A stretch of 64,000 nucleotides of DNA from Candidatus Peribacteria bacterium. GTDB taxonomy: Bacteria; Patescibacteriota; Gracilibacteria; Peribacterales; Peribacteraceae. Position 1 is the stretch's first letter, and each line of letters opens with the position of its first letter. Shown one piece after another: positions 62,041-64,000 of the stretch. The notes beneath the pieces are model-generated. The model ran no database searches and was not told the origin of the DNA. It saw nothing but the letters and a program-made list of their open reading frames with translations. The position numbers and the translations under genes were made by a program. Where the stretch lies: contig JBEPVF010000003.1 in the NCBI GenBank assembly GCA_041691135.1, forward strand, positions 80,327 to 144,326, in the 5' to 3' direction.

Positions 62041-63579
62041 ATGCACACAGAAACCTCTCCCCGCCAGCATCGGCACTTTGTGGCCGCTCCGCTCATTATG
62101 GCCGTACTGTTGTCCTCGGTTGTGCCGGTCTTGGGCCAGGGGTCCGTCCGGGCCGAACTGACGACGGTATCGGTGATCGATGCGCAGCATCATGCCATCC
62201 GGTTTCGTACCGGTTTGTCGGCGTTGATCGAAAAGGGGACGCAGGTGGCTGAAGCGAATGACGGCATGGTCCTCCTAGCTGGATCCGCGCTGGTTGCCAA
62301 TGCATCCGTCCTCCACGTGCAGGCAGGTCCGGCGGAGCTGACCGGATTCGATGGTGCATTCTATGCGTCCTACCAGAGTCCTGTGCTCACCGTCGCTGCT
62401 ATTTCCACGCCAGTGTATGTTCGCATGGCGAACGGCATTGCTATTGTCCCGGTTGGACGCCAGTGGCGCATATCGGCCGAGGCACTTCCTGCTTTCAGTG
62501 CCGGATGGGAGGACTGGATCACAGCTCACGAGACCAAACCATTGCCTGCATCATTCATCCAGGAACAGCGTGCCGTGGCGCAGACGCTTGATGCATCTGC
62601 CCGCTCTGGGAATAAGGAAACACCAGCAGCCGATCTTGTGATAGGCAAATTGCCGGCGGCCCGTCAGCGTTTGGAGCAGGCTCAACAGGAGGGCCTTGGT
62701 GGGACAATCCATGCGCTTGTACAGTCGGGTGATGCGGTATCTCTCCAGTCGCTTCTGACTGATCCTGCGGTGAATCAACTGACGTCTGATGAGCGCCTCT
62801 CGCTGTTGTCTTCTGATGCCTCGCCGTCAGTGCTCCTCGCTGTGCAGCCGCTTGTGTCGGCGGATGCTACCAGTCGTCTGCTGCTCAGTTTCCATCCGGC
62901 GTACCGTCAGGTCTTCCTGGCCGACGCGCTTACCGCGTCCACTGATCCGGAAGAAAGTGCGTTGCGTCTGCTGCTTCTGCCGGCGTCCGACACACTTCCC
63001 ACGCCGCTTCCACCTGTGCTTCGCAGTCAGTACCTTGCGGCCATGCAGAGCTTTCTGCGCGGGCAGAAACAGCCGTTGCCCATGTTGTATGCCTTTATCC
63101 GTCAGATGGCTGAGGTGCAGCAAGAGTTGTCTGAATCGCAGTATCCCGAGCGACATGCCGCGTACGGCGATGCAATTCGCCAATTTCTTCCGTCATCCAG
63201 CGATGTTGTACCGGCTGATATAACCGCAATTGCCGCTTCCTTTCGTTCTGATGTGATTCAGGCGTCGCAATCCGTATCCTCGGCGTCGGTGTCGTCCGCT
63301 CCTTGTAATGCTGCTAAGCCATCGGATCCAGTCGATCGAACGCGCAATTTTCTCCAGGAGGCCGGCGCCCTCTTCACCGTTCAAACATCACTCACCATTC
63401 TCGATGCACACGATGTGCGCGTTGAATCAGTCGCTTTCTCCACCGGCCAGGGCGATCGTCTGCTGTCCTTCACCGTCGATTATACCTGTCAGATGTTGAA
63501 AGATATGACTGTCGATGGGCAGAAGCAGCCGTTGTCGATGTCGATGGAGGCGTTTGGGAAGTGGGTAAGGACAAACTAA
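62041..63579 (+). CDS. Hypothetical exported protein
   Basis: 512 aa; N-terminal signal/TM, beta-rich (weakly FecR-like) N-terminal part, helical C-terminal part. Confidence 0.7.
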   Translation: MHTETSPRQHRHFVAAPLIMAVLLSSVVPVLGQGSVRAELTTVSVIDAQHHAIRFRTGLSALIEKGTQVAEANDGMVLLAGSALVANASVLHVQAGPAELTGFDGAFYASYQSPVLTVAAISTPVYVRMANGIAIVPVGRQWRISAEALPAFSAGWEDWITAHETKPLPASFIQEQRAVAQTLDASARSGNKETPAADLVIGKLPAARQRLEQAQQEGLGGTIHALVQSGDAVSLQSLLTDPAVNQLTSDERLSLLSSDASPSVLLAVQPLVSADATSRLLLSFHPAYRQVFLADALTASTDPEESALRLLLLPASDTLPTPLPPVLRSQYLAAMQSFLRGQKQPLPMLYAFIRQMAEVQQELSESQYPERHAAYGDAIRQFLPSSSDVVPADITAIAASFRSDVIQASQSVSSASVSSAPCNAAKPSDPVDRTRNFLQEAGALFTVQTSLTILDAHDVRVESVAFSTGQGDRLLSFTVDYTCQMLKDMTVDGQKQPLSMSMEAFGKWVRTN

Positions 63580-63839
63580 GAGCGAGCTTGTCTTTTATTG
63601 AGAACAAGATGCCTATAGCGAAACATTGTTCCTGACCCTGATTTCAAATATTTTTCAAAGGCCAGAGCTTGTTCCATGGTTGGGAATGCACAGGCAAAAC
63701 GAAGTTTCCACGGACGAAATTTCGATGTGGAGGCAACATCTCCCTTGTTATGTTTAACAAGACGTTTCTTTATATTACGAGTAGAGCCGACGTATTGTCT
63801 TTCTTCTTCGTTTTCGAGGACATACACGTAGTGCCACAT
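63576..63839 (-). CDS. Stand-alone GIY-YIG nuclease family protein
   Basis: YVYVLEN...YVGST...RL.KHN.G...STSKFRPW.L...A..FEKYLKSGSG; clear paralog of 15996-16253. Confidence 0.92.
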   Translation of the reverse strand: MWHYVYVLENEEERQYVGSTRNIKKRLVKHNKGDVASTSKFRPWKLRFACAFPTMEQALAFEKYLKSGSGTMFRYRHLVLNKRQARS

Positions 63840-63866
63840 AGGCCGACGATTCTATGCTGTCCAAAT

Positions 63867-64000
63867 TGGCCTGCCAACCGTAGTCAGGAAGTCATCGCAG
63901 AATAAGTCCACCTTCGCTCGCTCCGGCGAGACTACTGTGTTCAAGTGGCCTGCCAACCGTAGTCAGGAAGTCATCGCAGAATAAGTCCACCTTCGCTCGC
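63867..64000. repeat. 79-bp tandem repeat of TTC/TAC-family palindromes upstream of the GIY-YIG gene (cut by the window end)
   Basis: tggcctgccaaccgtagtcaggaagtcatcgcagaataagtccaccttcgctcgc is identical at 63867-63921 and 63946-64000. Confidence 0.9.

Noticed and set aside
63867-64000. CRISPR array
   Set aside because: Only two units are visible, the 55-bp repeated block is longer than typical CRISPR repeats, and no cas gene is in the window. Kept as a tandem palindrome array.
1-64000. Alternative genetic code (UGA=Gly) as in Gracilibacteria/Absconditabacteria
   Set aside because: Core genes are full length under code 11 and several end in TGA at the expected position (ruvB, clpC, gdhA).

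Overview
A 64-kb chromosomal segment of a moderately GC-rich, genome-reduced bacterium using the standard genetic code. Gene content points to Patescibacteria (CPR), most like Peregrinibacteria/Peribacteria; this is an inference from the dispersed PrgI/VirB4/VirB2-like pilin genes, pilin-LamG fusions and the large Cys-rich CPR-type protein. Most of the window is housekeeping: rpsA, clpC, dusB, rplK/rplA, ruvB, ruvC, recF, metG, argS, fmt, rbfA, grpE, gdhA, trxB, rpmG, the murD2-murL and murF/Fem wall genes, and six tRNAs. No CRISPR-Cas, integrase, relaxase or transposase is visible. The most unusual signal lies between genes. (1) Palindromic elements with a conserved TTC/TAC internal loop, fixed ends and variable middles sit directly 3' of tRNA genes and upstream of small stand-alone GIY-YIG nuclease genes. 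One such cassette is bounded by a duplicated tRNA-Gly 3' end, and related copies lie in frame inside MurL and ArgRS. (2) A tRNA(CAT) 5' end is duplicated upstream of the gene. (3) Degenerate 7-bp and 9-bp periodic inverted repeats mark many gene junctions. (4) A ~185-bp MITE-like element is present in three copies. (5) Many genes have a TANNNT -10 box 6-7 nt before the start codon, suggesting pervasive leaderless mRNA. All family calls come from motif recognition by eye; no searches were run.
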